This document shows positions 14,601 through 28,715 of a stretch of DNA of 64,000 bases, in pieces. A program made the translations under genes and the position numbers. A model generated the notes under the pieces. That model did not search any database and was not told the DNA's origin. It saw only the letters and a program-made list of their open reading frames with translations. This stretch comes from Azolla caroliniana. Taxonomy: Eukaryota; Plantae; Polypodiophyta. Position 1 is the stretch's first letter; every line of letters starts with the position of its first letter. Where the stretch lies: the NCBI GenBank assembly GCA_043228905.1, contig JBHGNT010000022.1:10230001-10294000 (forward strand), in the 5' to 3' direction.

Positions 14601-16920
14601 AGGTAGTTGTTGTTAATGAGTATAAGTCTCTTCCTTTGGAGATGCACTTCATAGGAATGATTCCCAAAATCAAGGTCTAGCTAGACAGGAGCATGATTTG
14701 ACAACTGCAAAGCATGAACTATATGCATTGTACATGTGAAATTTTCATATTGACTTGCATGCAACAAATACCATCTATCAAGCCTTGCATAGTATGCGAA
14801 GTGGGTGGTGTGATGAAAGGTAAAACCAGGAACATGTGGGTGTGTCATTGGCCATAAATCAACCCAATCCAATGAGCTTTGCATATTATACCACTGACCT
14901 TGTTCCTTTCTCAACGTATGTGAGTGCCCACTAGTGTTATCACCTGCATTTGGAGAGTTGTTGAAATCTCCACATATAAATGCATTTTGTGGCAATGGAT
15001 AAGCACAAATGTCTTGCCAAAGTAAAGCTCTATCCCTTGAGGCATTCAGGGCATATATTCCACCAAAATCATATGTCTCGCCATTTATCATGCATTGCAC
15101 AACCATCCACCTCCCACGTTGATCATTATAGGCAACCGTAGGATTTAGCTCATGTTTTATCATCATAAGCACTCCACATGTTGTACCTTGTCCTGCATAG
15201 AAGATGTCAAAACCTCGAAATGTACCAACTTGACCACTGAATTCAACTTGTTTATGTTCTTGAACACAAATTACATATGCTTGAGAAGAGGTAATATAGT
15301 TCCAAAATAATTTCCATTTACTAGGGTTACAAAGACCTCGTATATTAAAGGAGACACATTTGACTTGTTTATGCATGATTAATATGGTTGAAGATATAAA
15401 ACAAAGCAAAATACTAATCTGACTACATATTAGTATCACCGCCATGCTTATTTGCATGAAGCCTAATATCTGCATTTGATTAATCTTTGTAAATGTCCAC
15501 ATATGAGCCTCTACTCACCCTTTTCCAAGCTTCTGAGATTGAAGAGAGCATTGAAGCATTAATATGTAGAGATGAACCTTGATGCTCAAGTGCATGAGTG
15601 TAGTTTCTCACCACCACAAGCGTCTTACTTCCAAAGGATTTCTTAGATATTTGCCAACCTTCATTGTTCTCTTTGTCCACGTCAAAGGCTTGTTTCAAAT
15701 AATGCAAGTTTGATTGCACATTACCAATTGTCTGCGGGACTTTACTTTTCCCTTTGTCTTGTACTCTCGGTTTCTGAATGGGTTGCATCATAGATTGGTT
15801 TCTTGCCTTTGAAGAAGAAACCTGGCTATTTTCTTTCAATGATGCAGGTTTCAACATTGCGGTTTCCGGTGGTTGAATGGTCAGTGTTGGGCATTTTGAT
15901 TGCATATGACCAAATTTGTTACATGTGTAACATGCACCTGCAAATTTGCCCCATTTCAGCTTGAAAGGTCTTGCACCAATAATTGGATCATCTAAATTGA
16001 GGGTGATACCTCCAAGATCGGAACACTTGTGTCCTAAAGAATGCAAAATCTATTAGACGTACTTGTAGTTTTTGGGGGGCATACTACTCTCCCCATTCAT
16101 GTTGCATTTGTAGGTAACAAGTGATTCCAATTTCGTGGAAAATCAAGCACTTCCACCCAGACGGGACATTTGTGACGAATTAGCCCTTGATAGGCTTTTG
16201 TCAAAGACCACAGCAATGCATGAACCATTTGATCTCTATATGTTAAAGGAGATTCCTCAAGTAATTGAGGTTTGTACTTTGGTTCTAATAGCAATACTTC
16301 GTAAAAGCCTCTAGGAGCGAAATAAACACCACTAAATCCATAGACTTTAAACATTGCATTTATCCATTAAGCCACGTCATTTGTAGAAGGCATCTCCCCA
16401 GGAAAGAAAAGAATAATACCATTTGACATGTACACTTTTAAAGGATTCAAGGAGTCTTGTGATGGGATAGCAAATGTCTTGCTTGGCAAAGGCCCATCCC
16501 ATGTCTTCCTAGCCTCTGCAATGTCCTCTACTAAACTATCTTGAAGCCATTTTGTATGTACCGGATCTTCTATAATTTCTTTCCTCTTCTTATTCCATAC
16601 AGAAGATGATTGAGCCATCCTTGACAAAAATAATGTGGTAGACCTGCTACTTTGTATGTTGAAATGTAGAGAGGTCTAACAAAGGTAATGAGAGGAGCAA
16701 ACTTGGTGTCTCACAACTTAGGTCGAAATAGATAGGTCCTGAAGTCTGCAGCCCGCTCAGATTTGAGTGAATCTGACATGCTCAATCCATCCGGAAGGCT
16801 CCAAAACCCCCGAAACGACTCAAACCTTGTCCGATTCCAGCTCCAGATGAGGGAGATATGAGACTTGAAAGGTGAACTCTGTATCTTTGTCGGTCAAGCC
16901 GCCGCCTCTGTCAAATAATC
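11643..16920 (-). mobile_element. L1-clade LINE, near full length, decayed
   Basis: ORF1 pieces 16627-15480 with CYTCNKFGHMQSKC knuckle; APE endonuclease (SFNIRGL, CGDFN, ARLDRWY) 14681-15380; RT (IDIEKAFDTI, QAYADD) 13114-13698; C-terminal CARC; AATAAA plus poly(A) on minus strand at 11643-11666; 5' end approximate. Confidence 0.9.
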
Positions 16921-17438
16921 ATATCTATCACATGCTACTTATATCAAAACTCAATGGTAAATGCACTTTTTGTACATATTAAAATTGACGTTTGGGGGAT
17001 ATGGCCGGCAACAATGCCACGTTTCTAGAGGTGCTATGTGTATGTGTATTAAATAACACAATATAAAGAGTCGAATGCTACCTAAGAGGTATGATTAATA
17101 TTCGATATGCAATACCATTGAAAAAGTGGCATTTAGGGTTACCATCGTTCAAAGGAGAAATTTCTGGAAGGAAACATGGATAGTTGTTTAGCTACACTCA
17201 AGAGCTTTTGTTTTTGTTTTTTCCAAGAGATGTGCGAGCAACATGCCTTAGGACATTGTTGAAAACATGATGGCACAAAGTCAACGTGGAACCAAACAAA
17301 GAAAAGCAAACAATTTGTGGGAAAGGCCTTCAAATTACATCAAATTGAGAAAGCTTCATCTTTGTCTCTTGGGTGTGTGTGTGATACACCATCCCTTGCT
17401 TCCTCCAATAATACTCTTAAGACTCTGATTTTTGTCTC

Positions 17439-20400
17439 ATGGCTCCATACTCACCTCTAATCCTCCTCCTCATTGTGGCTAGTGTCACAGCTCCGGGGGT
17501 GTGCGCCCAATCCCCTCCCGGATTCCTCAGCATTGATGTCGGATCCACGGAGACCACGAATTACACCGACCCAACAACCGGCATCGTATGGACCCCGGAC
17601 ACCATCTTATGGCCCCAGGTCGCGGATTGGTCGACCACCTCCACCCTCGGTCCCCCGTCGGCCAATTCCGCCGACCAGAAGCAATACCAGTCGTTCCGAT
17701 ACTTCAAACCACCTCCAAAATCCGCAGGGCTCCCTAGCCCTACCAAGTTCTGCTACTCCCTCCCTGCCAAAGCCAACAACTACTACTTGATCCGTGTTTC
17801 CTTCTGGTGCAGCACGAAACTCGCATCGGCCTCGTCCCGTGTCCCCGGGGTCCTCAGTTTCCACATCATCATTGACAGCTACGTGGGGCCGCAGATCAAT
17901 GTCTCTCTCCCACAAACAATTGCGTTCGTGGAGGAGTACTATGTGCAAGCTCTTGATGGGAGCACGTCGGTGAACCTTTGCTTGTCCGCGGAGTCCAATG
18001 TAAGCGACGCTCCATTCATCAACAGTATCGAATTGCGGCCTCTAGTAGACACCTTGACAGCCCTCAAGGTCTTGACCAGCTCTAAGAGTGCATTACGGGG
18101 CCCGATTCGTTTCGACTTGGGTGCAGCGGATAACAGCCCCTTGATTCTCAGGTAAATAAACTTGCCATTGCATACATCAAGTACAAGCACAAGCTCTAGG
18201 GAATGTATGTCATATATATTGTTGATTGGGTTAGTCACATACGTACATCTCAAAGGAGCTTATGGTTATGTGAACTCAAACATGTGGGATAGTTGTCTCC
18301 AAATACTTCCTCTATGACCTTTGCGAGATTTGACACCACAAATAAGCCTATGAATACTATTGAATTCCCAAGCCAGAGAGAAACAACCTTAACATAACAT
18401 GGACGAGCTGCGATTATATAGTTAGTCAAATCATTTGCGGAATACTGAGAGTAGCATGGCATAATTGCATGTAATCATCTTTTGCCAATATGCATATTAT
18501 ATAAAAACTTCACTGACTAGTACAAGAATTGGAAACATAAGTATATTGTGGATTTTTACTCATGACTAGGGAGTCTTAATGAACAACAAATTATCAAAAT
18601 TACGCAAAAAAGCACGAACATGTTATGAAGTCCTTCAAGAATTGATCAAAGTTTTGCAATCTTACAATGTTTGGAATGGTAGAAAATTCATTCAATAAAA
18701 TTGGGGTGAAAATTCCCAACGATTTGTCAAGAATGTCTCGGATTTCACTTGACGAGTACAAGAGTTTTCTATATATTACTAATCACCACACAACTAAAAA
18801 CTTCATTTCAAATAGATATCAATCTTATCTAAAGCTTTAGCATTATGAAAGTGAATAGTTTGGTGATTTTGACATTGCCAAAACATCTACACCCTCATCA
18901 CATCAAACTGTAGCAACCTTATATAATGCCTTTTTTACATTTTCCACCAAATTATCATGATAAATGAGAAATATGTTTCAAAAAACTTTGAGTTCTTTTG
19001 TTGTATTGAACATACTATAAGAGCCAAAATGAAGATCGATGACTATTTAAAAAAGGATTTGTGTCATACACAAAGTGATGCAGTGTCACGAAATGGGTTA
19101 GAAAAAATAATTTCATGTACTTTTGTTTTCTCACCTTAAGCAATCCTTTCTCTAGTTGGATGTGTTGAATTATCTCTCTCTTGTACTTAAAAGACCCTCT
19201 AGAATACTCCGAAAAATTTCTTGTGTAAAATAAAGATAGCGCATAACTTTACCGTCACTAGATTTTGAATTTTCAAAAGTATTTAAAAATGAATGTTCCC
19301 ATGTATCAAAGTTAGAATCAAAAGACATAATACTTTTACCAAAGGAACAGATAGTCTTCCAAGTTCCAATGTAAAGGGTTAATTCAGTTTATATCAAGGT
19401 TTTTCTAGTTTAGCCTCCAAATTGAGAGGATTAAAAAAAATCGGAAGCTTAAGGTTCATTTGACACAATGTTAAATCCAATATTTTGAAGCAACTCGCCT
19501 AATCTTAAAATATGGATCAATATATAGTTCACATAAGGAAGATGCAAGTTTGATGAAGAATGCCTTGCTCAATGCCCCATTTATTCCATGAAACAAGATA
19601 CCACAAGATTGTTATTATGTTAGGGTTCCTTTTCATGTGAAGACACACCACCACATTATAGCTATCTATGTCTGCAGACGGTGGTCTGGGACACCGGCAG
19701 GGGACTTGGTTTGTCCCTCGCCCTAACTAAGGGTGGTCGGGTGGACTAGCACCCTTTCTTCCTTATTTTCCTCTATAATTTTGGTTAACATTAATTAAGA
19801 TTCTAACAATCAACATAGCAAGTCAGATGACTAGCTAATGCATCCTCAACCCAACTACTAGCTCTAGAACTTCCGTAATTGGATATCCCAAAATTGCTTT
19901 GTTAACATATTTTCGGTTATAAAATAACAAACATATATTGTGGCATTGAAACATAGCATTTGTGCTTGAAATAACATATTTTCAGCTATAAAAACACTAG
20001 AATATATATGTTTAGATAGTCTTTCTAGTAGCGTTGCAATGTATGCATCATACATATCTTGCATACACATTAATGGTGACTCACTATAAGATTTCAAACT
20101 CAAATTTGGATAAGCTATTGAAAAAGATCAATCGACATGCTCATGTAGGCGCATAACAAAACATTTTACTATAAACTTTCATTTCCTATTCACATGAAGA
20201 AAAGTACAATAATTTTCATTAATAATTCTTCACATTTCGGTGCAACACGACACCAAAACACCTTGTGATACAAATGCATTCTTTTATAATGTTATCCCAT
20301 ATTGCTTGTGGCCGAGATAAAAGGGATGTAAAAACCAACATTTTAAAATTGTACAACCATATAGACGATGGCAAATCTTAAAACCAAGTGGGTATGGCAA

Positions 20401-23400
20401 GCATGAATGTGCCTTTCAATGTGGACATGTCATTATGAGTGCTCATCGGAGAAATGTGGGAGCATTAAGTAGCTTGTGCATTCAGAATAATTCCAATAAC
20501 ATTGGTCAACAAAATTGCAGATTCCCAACCGATAGTTTGGATAGGTTCTGGTTCACGAAAACGGCTGGCCCTATAAACATGACGAGCAACACGGTAGACG
20601 TGTCAGGCATGACGGACCATGTCCCAATGGTAGTGATGCAATCGAATGTGATGGCCAACACAACAACTGGGCTCCAATATAACTTTAGCCTTCCCGGAAA
20701 ACACCTTTACTCCATCAACTTGTTCTTTGTAGAACTAGATCCTAAAATTGGAATTGGCCTACGTGTCTTTGACGTCGGTGTGAACGGAGCAACGACCCTC
20801 CCAAATGTTGACATATTGAATGGTACTAATGGACTCTATCGTCCATACATTGTTTATACACGTACTGCCTTTGGTCCATACACTGATTATGTCCTTATCA
20901 CACTCAAGCCTTCCTTGTCTACCTTATACCTCCCTTCTCTCGCCGCGCTTGAAGTCATGCAAGTCTTTGACAACCCCATGGTTGTCTCCACCTTGTTTGA
21001 TGATGGTAAGGGCTTGCTTAACTAACATTCCATAATTTTTAGGGTAATTTTGTTTTGTCGAGGAAGCTCCTACATTATAATTAGAGTTCTAGGAACAAGC
21101 ATGTCATAATGATTTGAAAGCAATGATTATTGTGTAACTCTTGTTTTTCAACAATTGATATGTATGAGAAAATGTAAGGTGATGACTATATTTATTCCAT
21201 TATAAGCAGACTTGTAAGTATAACCATGTCATCATTTATATGAATGCAATGAATATTGTGTATATGCTAGTTTGTTCGAATACTGATATCTATGACAAGT
21301 GTAAGGTGATGAAGATATAGTGAAGGTTATGACTAGTATCTGCACATAGTGTAGTTGGACCTTGATATATTTGTCAACTATACATGTATATATGTCCACA
21401 CTTCGATTGTCCCTTATTTTGGTAAATGAACTAATCAATGCTTAAATCATTGTCCATATTTAATCTCAAATCGGTCTAGATATGCTTAACAAATAAACGA
21501 ACCAGTGCATGCATTGACTTTATGGGTTGATTCCAAATTATACTTTTGTTGTGTATTATGGAAAGTGTAGATGTAAACATAAGAGTTTGAAGAACAACAA
21601 ATTCATTGTTCAAACCATGAATTCCCATAATTAGTGTTGTAAAAGTATGAATTAGAAGAATTTAAATAAAGCAATACTAGTTAACATAATCTAGACTATT
21701 TTCTATAAAAGTATAAAGTCAATAGGCTTTGAAACTAATGTTTAGCATGTAAAGCCTTGTTTTCATAACAAATACATAAACATCATTTCAAAGTGTTTCC
21801 ATCAATACTATCATAGCAATGTTCAATAATTCCCTTTACAATTCACTAACTTGATGGTGTTAGTGATCTATATCAGTCTTCTGCTGACATTCAAATTTCT
21901 TTGATATATTGAGCCAATACATTTAGTAATGTGAACAATTGGCGCTATTTGAATAGAATCGAGCATACAAGGGATAACGAGCACCTTCTCAAATATGAGT
22001 ATCTTCAAGGGAGATCCATGCTTGCCATTGGATTACAAATACCCATGGATAGCTTGTAGTGAAAACATTTCTCCTCCTAGGGTGAAATCTATGTGGGTAC
22101 ACTACATTCAAAAGTATAGTATTCACATTGTGTCAAACAAAAAATTATCATTTAACTAGTGACAATTGTTGATTATAGATACTTATCTAATTACAACCTA
22201 GCGGGAAGTTTTCCCCCAAGCATCAACAATCTTGATCAACTTGTTCAAATGTAAGACAAAGCTTTTACACTTTTTATCTAGATATATAATATTTTTGAGA
22301 CAATATTCAAATTGTGCAAAAAATATGATCAACAACCACATCATGTAGATTTCTAGATGGGAATGCTTTGGAAGGACCACTCCCTGATTTGAGCAATTTG
22401 CTTTACCTTGAAGTGTTGTAAGTGTTCTTTACTAACACTAAGTTACTACATCCCTATATGTAAGTATGTATGTATGTATAATAGTTTATGTGTACCTCAT
22501 TAAGCATGATTTCTTTAAATAAAAAATTGTTGGCAAAGATATTTTGTAGTATTCCCGTATTTAGGTATGCGATACATAAACAATGAAAATGTGTATCTGG
22601 TTCATAAATACACTTGCCTAAACATGTCAATTGTATAGGAATCTGAGCCATAACAAATTGAGTGGACCAATCCCTACTTCACTAGGGGAATTGACAAAGT
22701 TGAAATACCTGTAAGAATCCTAGTTTTCTCTAAATCACAAATGTTTTGTATCATTGTTACCTATGTTGTTTTCTTCTCATTAACATTCATTTCTAGTGAT
22801 TTGACACACAACAACTTTAGTGGAGTGGTTCCAACTGCACTCCAGCAAAAGAAAGGACTTGTTTTCAAGTATGTTTAACAATTCACTTTCCTAATTGTCT
22901 AATTTGAATACAACTTAATATTATTTGTGTTGTCGGAAAAAATATATAGCGTGTTATTGAAAACATTGTTTCTGGTTAACAAGTATTTGAGCATTGATAT
23001 CATCATTTGTAGGTATGAAGGAAACGAATTTTTGTGCGTTGCAACGAATGCTAGTTGCTTGAGCACTCCACCAGTTTTATCAACAAAAAATAACACACCT
23101 TTGATTATTGGAATAGTGTGTGGTGTTTTACTTGTACTTATTGTGATAATAGTTGTATGCATTTGCGTATGGAAGAGGCGGCAATCTCCTCAACAATCTG
23201 CAAGTCATAAAACGACAACTCAACTAAATACAACTAAAACAGACTACCTAGATCATGGTAATGACTATATTTTTAGTTGCATGTCAATAAACATCAACAG
23301 TTAATCTAATTCAAGTTGATATATATATGTTTTGCTTTAAATCTGTATGACATACCCATTTAAATCCTAGATCTAGAAAAGTTTAAATCTGAATTATATG

Positions 23401-25666
23401 TATATGATTGAAATGGATATCTACCAAGATCTTTATCAATTCTCAATTTTAACATTCTTATAGGTCCAAATTTGATGCCATATATACTTTGATTCTTGTC
23501 TTCATAGTATGCGAACATATTTGTGTTTATTTCATGGATCATGGTTTGCCATCAATGAAAGTACTCGAGCTCAACAACCAAATTAGCCCACCTTCACCAC
23601 CATGTCATATTGGTGGGCCATTGCCCTATTTGCATGGAGCTTTTAGGAAGCCATAGTGCATATTTGCATGTTCCTGAAATCAAATCTAATTAGAAATGAC
23701 CTTTTAATGCTTAAGTGAAAAAAAAAAGTAGCCAAAATAACATTTTCTTACAAACGTGTTGATTGGTAAAGTATTGCCGTGTTGAACATGAATACCAATT
23801 CAAAGTTCTTGTCATTTCGTCATGAAAGGTTTCATAATTCATAGGGGTAACACAAGTTCACAAAGATTTGGAATTTAATTTAATTTAATCGAATAATTAT
23901 AAATGAGCTAACATTTCCTGCATATATTGTCTAGTTGTTAGCCATACAAGAGTACTTAAAGCTACAAATGTTGCACAAAGATTCAATTTTGAAGACATTC
24001 AGATAGCGACAAACAATTTCACAACAACCCTCGGTAAAGGTGGTTTTGGCATTGTATATAAGGGCATTCTAACGAATGGAGTTGTTGTGGCAGTTAAAGT
24101 TTTATCCAATGCATCACATGAAGGAGTAGAAGAATTTCTCAATGAGGTAGTTGCCTAAATGGATTATCCAATTCCCTTCTATATTACTAATGAAATGCAT
24201 ATATACACTTCATTCTATAAGCTTAATTGACTTTTGATTCGTGACTTGTTACTAGGAATGATGGGAGAATTCCTAGTGAGCACTTGCTAATTTGTTGTTT
24301 TTCTTAACATTTGGACTATAGGTCACTCTTCTCTCTCGAGTGCATCATAAGAACCTCGTGGAGTTGGTAGGATATTGTATTGATAACAAGTTGGTACTTG
24401 TTTATGAATTTATGCCGGAGGGATCATTTTTTGATGCTCTTTTTGGTAAGTATCCTAACATCTCCTCTAAAATATATGATCATCATATATACCTAAGGTA
24501 ACACAATAAGAGATCATGACATTATTTTTTATATTACTCATGTTGTGTTACTTGGTTGTCATTTTGTATAAAATAATAACACATTGAAATGTGTTTCATG
24601 AAAAACAATGATAGGCAATACACAGACAAAAACCTTAAAGTGGAGAGAGAGATTGCAAATTTTGTTAGATGCTGCTCAAGGTGATAAATTTTAGTTAAAT
24701 TAACGTTTAGTCAATAGTATATGTATGAGTGTATGTGTGCATTTATGGTATTTGAAGCTTTTCAAGAATCTAAACTCATCTTAAAAGGCATTCCTTGTAG
24801 GGCTTGCTTATCTACACACTGGATGCAACTCTTTGATCATCCATAGGGATGTCAAGAGTAGTAACATTTTGTTGACCAAAAAGTTAGAAGGAAAAATGTC
24901 TGATTTTGGTATATCAAGGCTACAAGCCAATGTCGAGGTCATCTCAACAAGGTTGATCGGTAGCATGGGATATTTGGATCCTGAGTATGTTTTCATATAT
25001 TCCCTTAATACATACAATGTTTTTGAAGTCATCATTTTAAATTATTTAATCTTAATTAACACAACTATTTGCAGTAGCTTTTGATGTTTAGGGTGAAACT
25101 TGAAGTTTTTATCAAGAATGTAGTTTGTGAAACCACAAATTACTACCCAAAATCATGACTTCCTTCAATGGCCTTTTAAATTAGGTATGCAACGACATTC
25201 AAATTGACAGAAAAAGTTGATGTATATAGTTTTGGGGTAGTTTTGTTCGAAGCTATGTGTGGTCGACCTCCTTTAATAAGAGACACAAAAACAGGAAATA
25301 TTGACATTCACATATCCCAATGGGTAATCATCATTTGTGCCATTATATTTGAGCTTAGGGAACATTTTGTTTAGATTACAAAATTAATTTTGGTTTCAAG
25401 TGCTTTAGGTGAAACCATACTACGAGCAAGGTGAAATAGAAAAAATTGTCGACAAAAAACTTGGCAATGACTACAACGTATCATCTATATGGAAAGTGGC
25501 TGAGATAGCAATGGCATGTGTCCAATATGAGGGGAGCAGACGGCCTGAAATGAATATTGTTTCCAGTGAATTGATGGACGCCATAAGATTAGAATCTGGT
25601 TATGTTGGAGTTTCACCTGTCACAACAGGAGAATTTTTCTCTTCAACAGAAGTGCAAGCTCGATGA
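17439..25666 (+). CDS. Malectin-like domain LRR receptor-like kinase (LRR-I type), ~948 aa, 14 exons
   Basis: GT-AG exons 17439-18151, 20521-21005, 21957-22092, 22179-22250, 22349-22417, 22639-22710, 22797-22868, 23013-23257, 23935-24146, 24322-24445, 24615-24680, 24801-24984, 25185-25323, 25409-25666 sum to 2847 nt with consistent phases; signal peptide, GFLSIDVG / [11 protein letters not shown] malectin-like domain, GDPC motif, four 69-72-nt LRR exons, [25 protein letters not shown], kinase GKGGFG / VAVK / [11 protein letters not shown] / DFG / GYLDPE. Confidence 0.93.
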
Positions 25667-27149
25667 ACTAATATAAACGCATAATGACAAATGATTATTA
25701 TGTTATTGTATTGTTTTATTTATTCGTTGAATAAGTTTCCTTTCTGCAAGCTATGGGAAAATTTCGTGTGTGTACCCTTCAATTGAAGAACGATGGGTTT
25801 TCCTGATGTGAAATAACCGAAATTATGTTTATACATATGTGAAGAAGCATGCTTACTTATTAGCAAAATTGGGTACTATATTTTGTCATTGGAACTCTTT
25901 TTAGCCCACTCAAGAATGCTTTGTTTGCAATGCATGTAGTGTTTAGGCTTACAATCACTTGAATTAGAATTGTGATAAGAACTTAACATAATTTGTTCTC
26001 AAAAAGAAATATAGGCACTAACCAAGTTTCAATTCTCACAGAAATGTTGGTCCTGAAGCGGAACCATTTGGATAAATTGTTTTGTTAAATTCCCTCACGT
26101 TCTCACGCAAATGTTGCGTGATCACTCATACTTGTGCTACTTAAGCTTGACAATTTGGAACCTTCACCCAGTAAGACATGATACCGATGGAGGGTTGCTT
26201 AGGATGACAAATCTTATTTGTGTCTAGTGTTGGACAAGATGCTTCTTTGCCTCTCTCCCATTCAACCTTCTTGTGCTCCTTTTACACTTTACCTTTGCAA
26301 AGGCCTTCGTGCTTATTTTTGTGGAAAGCCTTTGTGCGTTTGTAGCCATTCGTGTAATTGTGAATTCAATGTAACCGTGGCCTCTGTGTAATTCGGGCTT
26401 GAGTGTGCTCCCAAGCTATATGCTTTACGCTCTTGTAAGGTCCTTATGCTTTCATTTTGTTCAAAGGCTTTGTAATTTTAGGCCTTCGTGAGGTTTCGGG
26501 CTTCACATGTTCATGGGTACTTGAGCATTCACGGCCTCTATGAATTCATGGACCTTCATGTGCATGAAAGATCTGTGCTTTTTGCTTTTTCTTTGGTGTT
26601 TTTATTTATTTAAAGAGTTCGTGGTTCCAAGAGTTCATGGGCTCACAACCTTTGCACATTTGTGGATATTCATAGGCTAGTAGATTTTGTGCATTCTTGG
26701 GTCTTCATGTGCTTTGTGGTCTTTGTGGACTTCTAGCCTTTGTGCATTCGCTCTAGGGTTAGCATTACTCGTTGTCTTGATGTGGGGAGGTCACAATACG
26801 AAATGCATCAAACTTAGGATACATGAAAGGTTGAGGGATAGGACAAAAGTATGACAAGAAGGATAAGAGACATGTTGAGGTTGAAGACAACAAAAAGATA
26901 TAGTTCAAATAGCAAGAGCTTACTAATGGAATGAAAAGGTCTAGTGCTCTAATCACGCAAAGGCATTATGTGAATCTCAATGATCAAACAAAGGAAATGT
27001 ATATGAACGGACATTGTAATCAATATTTTCTCACACCAAGTCCCCAAAGAAGATATGTGAATTTAGTGTATGTTAAAAGAAAGAATATTATTGAGATGCT
27101 AGAACTTGAGATTCTTGTGAAAGGGACACGAGATTTCATTGTTAGGGGG

Positions 27150-28110
27150 GTTTATTTTAAACAAGGCAGAAGGATTTCCAAAACTCTATTTGAGCACAAG
27201 ATTGCAAATCAAGTGGTTGTTCAAGATGGATGATGAAAAAAGGTGACAAAGTCATCGTTTGCATGTCTATTGAACTAAAACGTGAGGACCCCCCTCTTGA
27301 AGCTCTTCTTATTCATATACTTCTATTTTACGTACATATTGTGGTTTAAGCCACTCCACGTAATGAATTCAAAATTGATATCTTTGTATCTAAATTGATC
27401 CCATAAACTTTTGATGTATCTATCATGTCCTCTCAATATCTATATTGAAATTATTTCTAGAAAACCTCCTGTCTATGCTATTTGGGATTTAACAAGGGTT
27501 GCACTAGATTTTTTAGCTTGAATATTTGAGAAAGGTACAAATAGATACATGGAAATGGTGCAATTTCAACGGAAACCCAATTCCGGGATGGGCTTTGGGT
27601 AGTTGTTGCATCAACATGAAGAAATCACTATGACGGTTTATTTTAAACAAGACAAAAATGTTGCAAAAACTCTACTCAAGCACAAGCTTGTGAATCAAGA
27701 GGGTGTTCAAGTTGGACGATGAGAAAAGGAGACAAAGTTGTCGTTAGTGTGTCTATTGAGCTAAAACTTGAGAACTTCCTCTTGAAACTCTTTTGATTCA
27801 CATACCTCTATTTTATGTACATATTGTTGTTTAAGACACTTCCTGTAATGGAGTCAAAATTGATATCTTTCTATTTGATTTGATCCTATAAACATTTGAT
27901 GTATCGTGTCCCCTTAATATATATATGAAAATTATTTCTAGAAAACCTCTTATCTATGCTATTTGTGATCTAACAAGGGTTGCAGTAGATTTTTTTGGTC
28001 GATGATTTGAGAATGTTGCAAAAATATACGCAAAAATTGTGTAATTTCGACGGAAACCCAATTCTGGGATAGGGCTTTGAATAATTGCAACATCATCATG
28101 AAGGAATCAC
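27150..28110. repeat. Diverged tandem duplication, ~487-bp unit x2
   Basis: TTTATTTTAAACAAG...AAAACTCTA..AGCACAAG at ~27151 and ~27637; AAATTATTTCTAGAAAACCTC and GGAAACCCAATTC also recur at the same spacing. Confidence 0.8.
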
Positions 28111-28554
28111 TACTAGGATCAAATCGGATTTTTGGATTGCGAATTTCACTACTTTTTGGATTCTCAATCCTACCAGGCCAACGAAAGCCAATATCCAAAG
28201 AAAAAAGTGACAAATTTGTAATCTTGAGAAAAATTTAATTTCTCGAGTGCAATGTTAATGTCGAGTAAATTTCCTCTAGTGCCATGTCAACATGGAGGAA
28301 ATATTCCTCAAGTGCCACATGGCATCGAGGAATTGTCTTGCTGAGCCATTTGAAATACGAGGAAATTTTCCTTAGAGTAACTTGGCATTCTAGGAAAATT
28401 TCCTCGATGCCACATGTAATGGCATTGAACCTTGACAAAAGCTCAAGATTAAAGCTTTCAACTCGAGTCAAGGATCTTCCACAAGTTCGATGTTGCGAAG
28501 TTATGCATGTACTTGTGCTACTTGAGCGGGACCACCGGGGACTCGAAGGCTCGT

Positions 28555-28715
28555 GAGAGTCGAATGATCATTAGAGTTGAAAGATCATTAGACTCAACGG
28601 CTCTGCAAAGTTGAATGATCATCAGAGTTGAAAGATCGTTAGATTCAAAGACTCTGTAGAGTTGAATGCTCGTTATAGTCGAAGATTCGTAAGAGTCGAA
28701 GGCTTCTTAGAGTCA
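28555..28715. repeat. Degenerate ~17-bp minisatellite (AGAGTYGAAwGATCrTT)
   Basis: Recurring AGAGTCGAA/AGAGTTGAA motifs about every 17 bp. Confidence 0.65.

Noticed and set aside
17439-25666. Calling the kinase SYMRK/DMI2
   Set aside because: GDPC and malectin-like domains are shared across LRR-I kinases; orthology cannot be shown without a phylogeny
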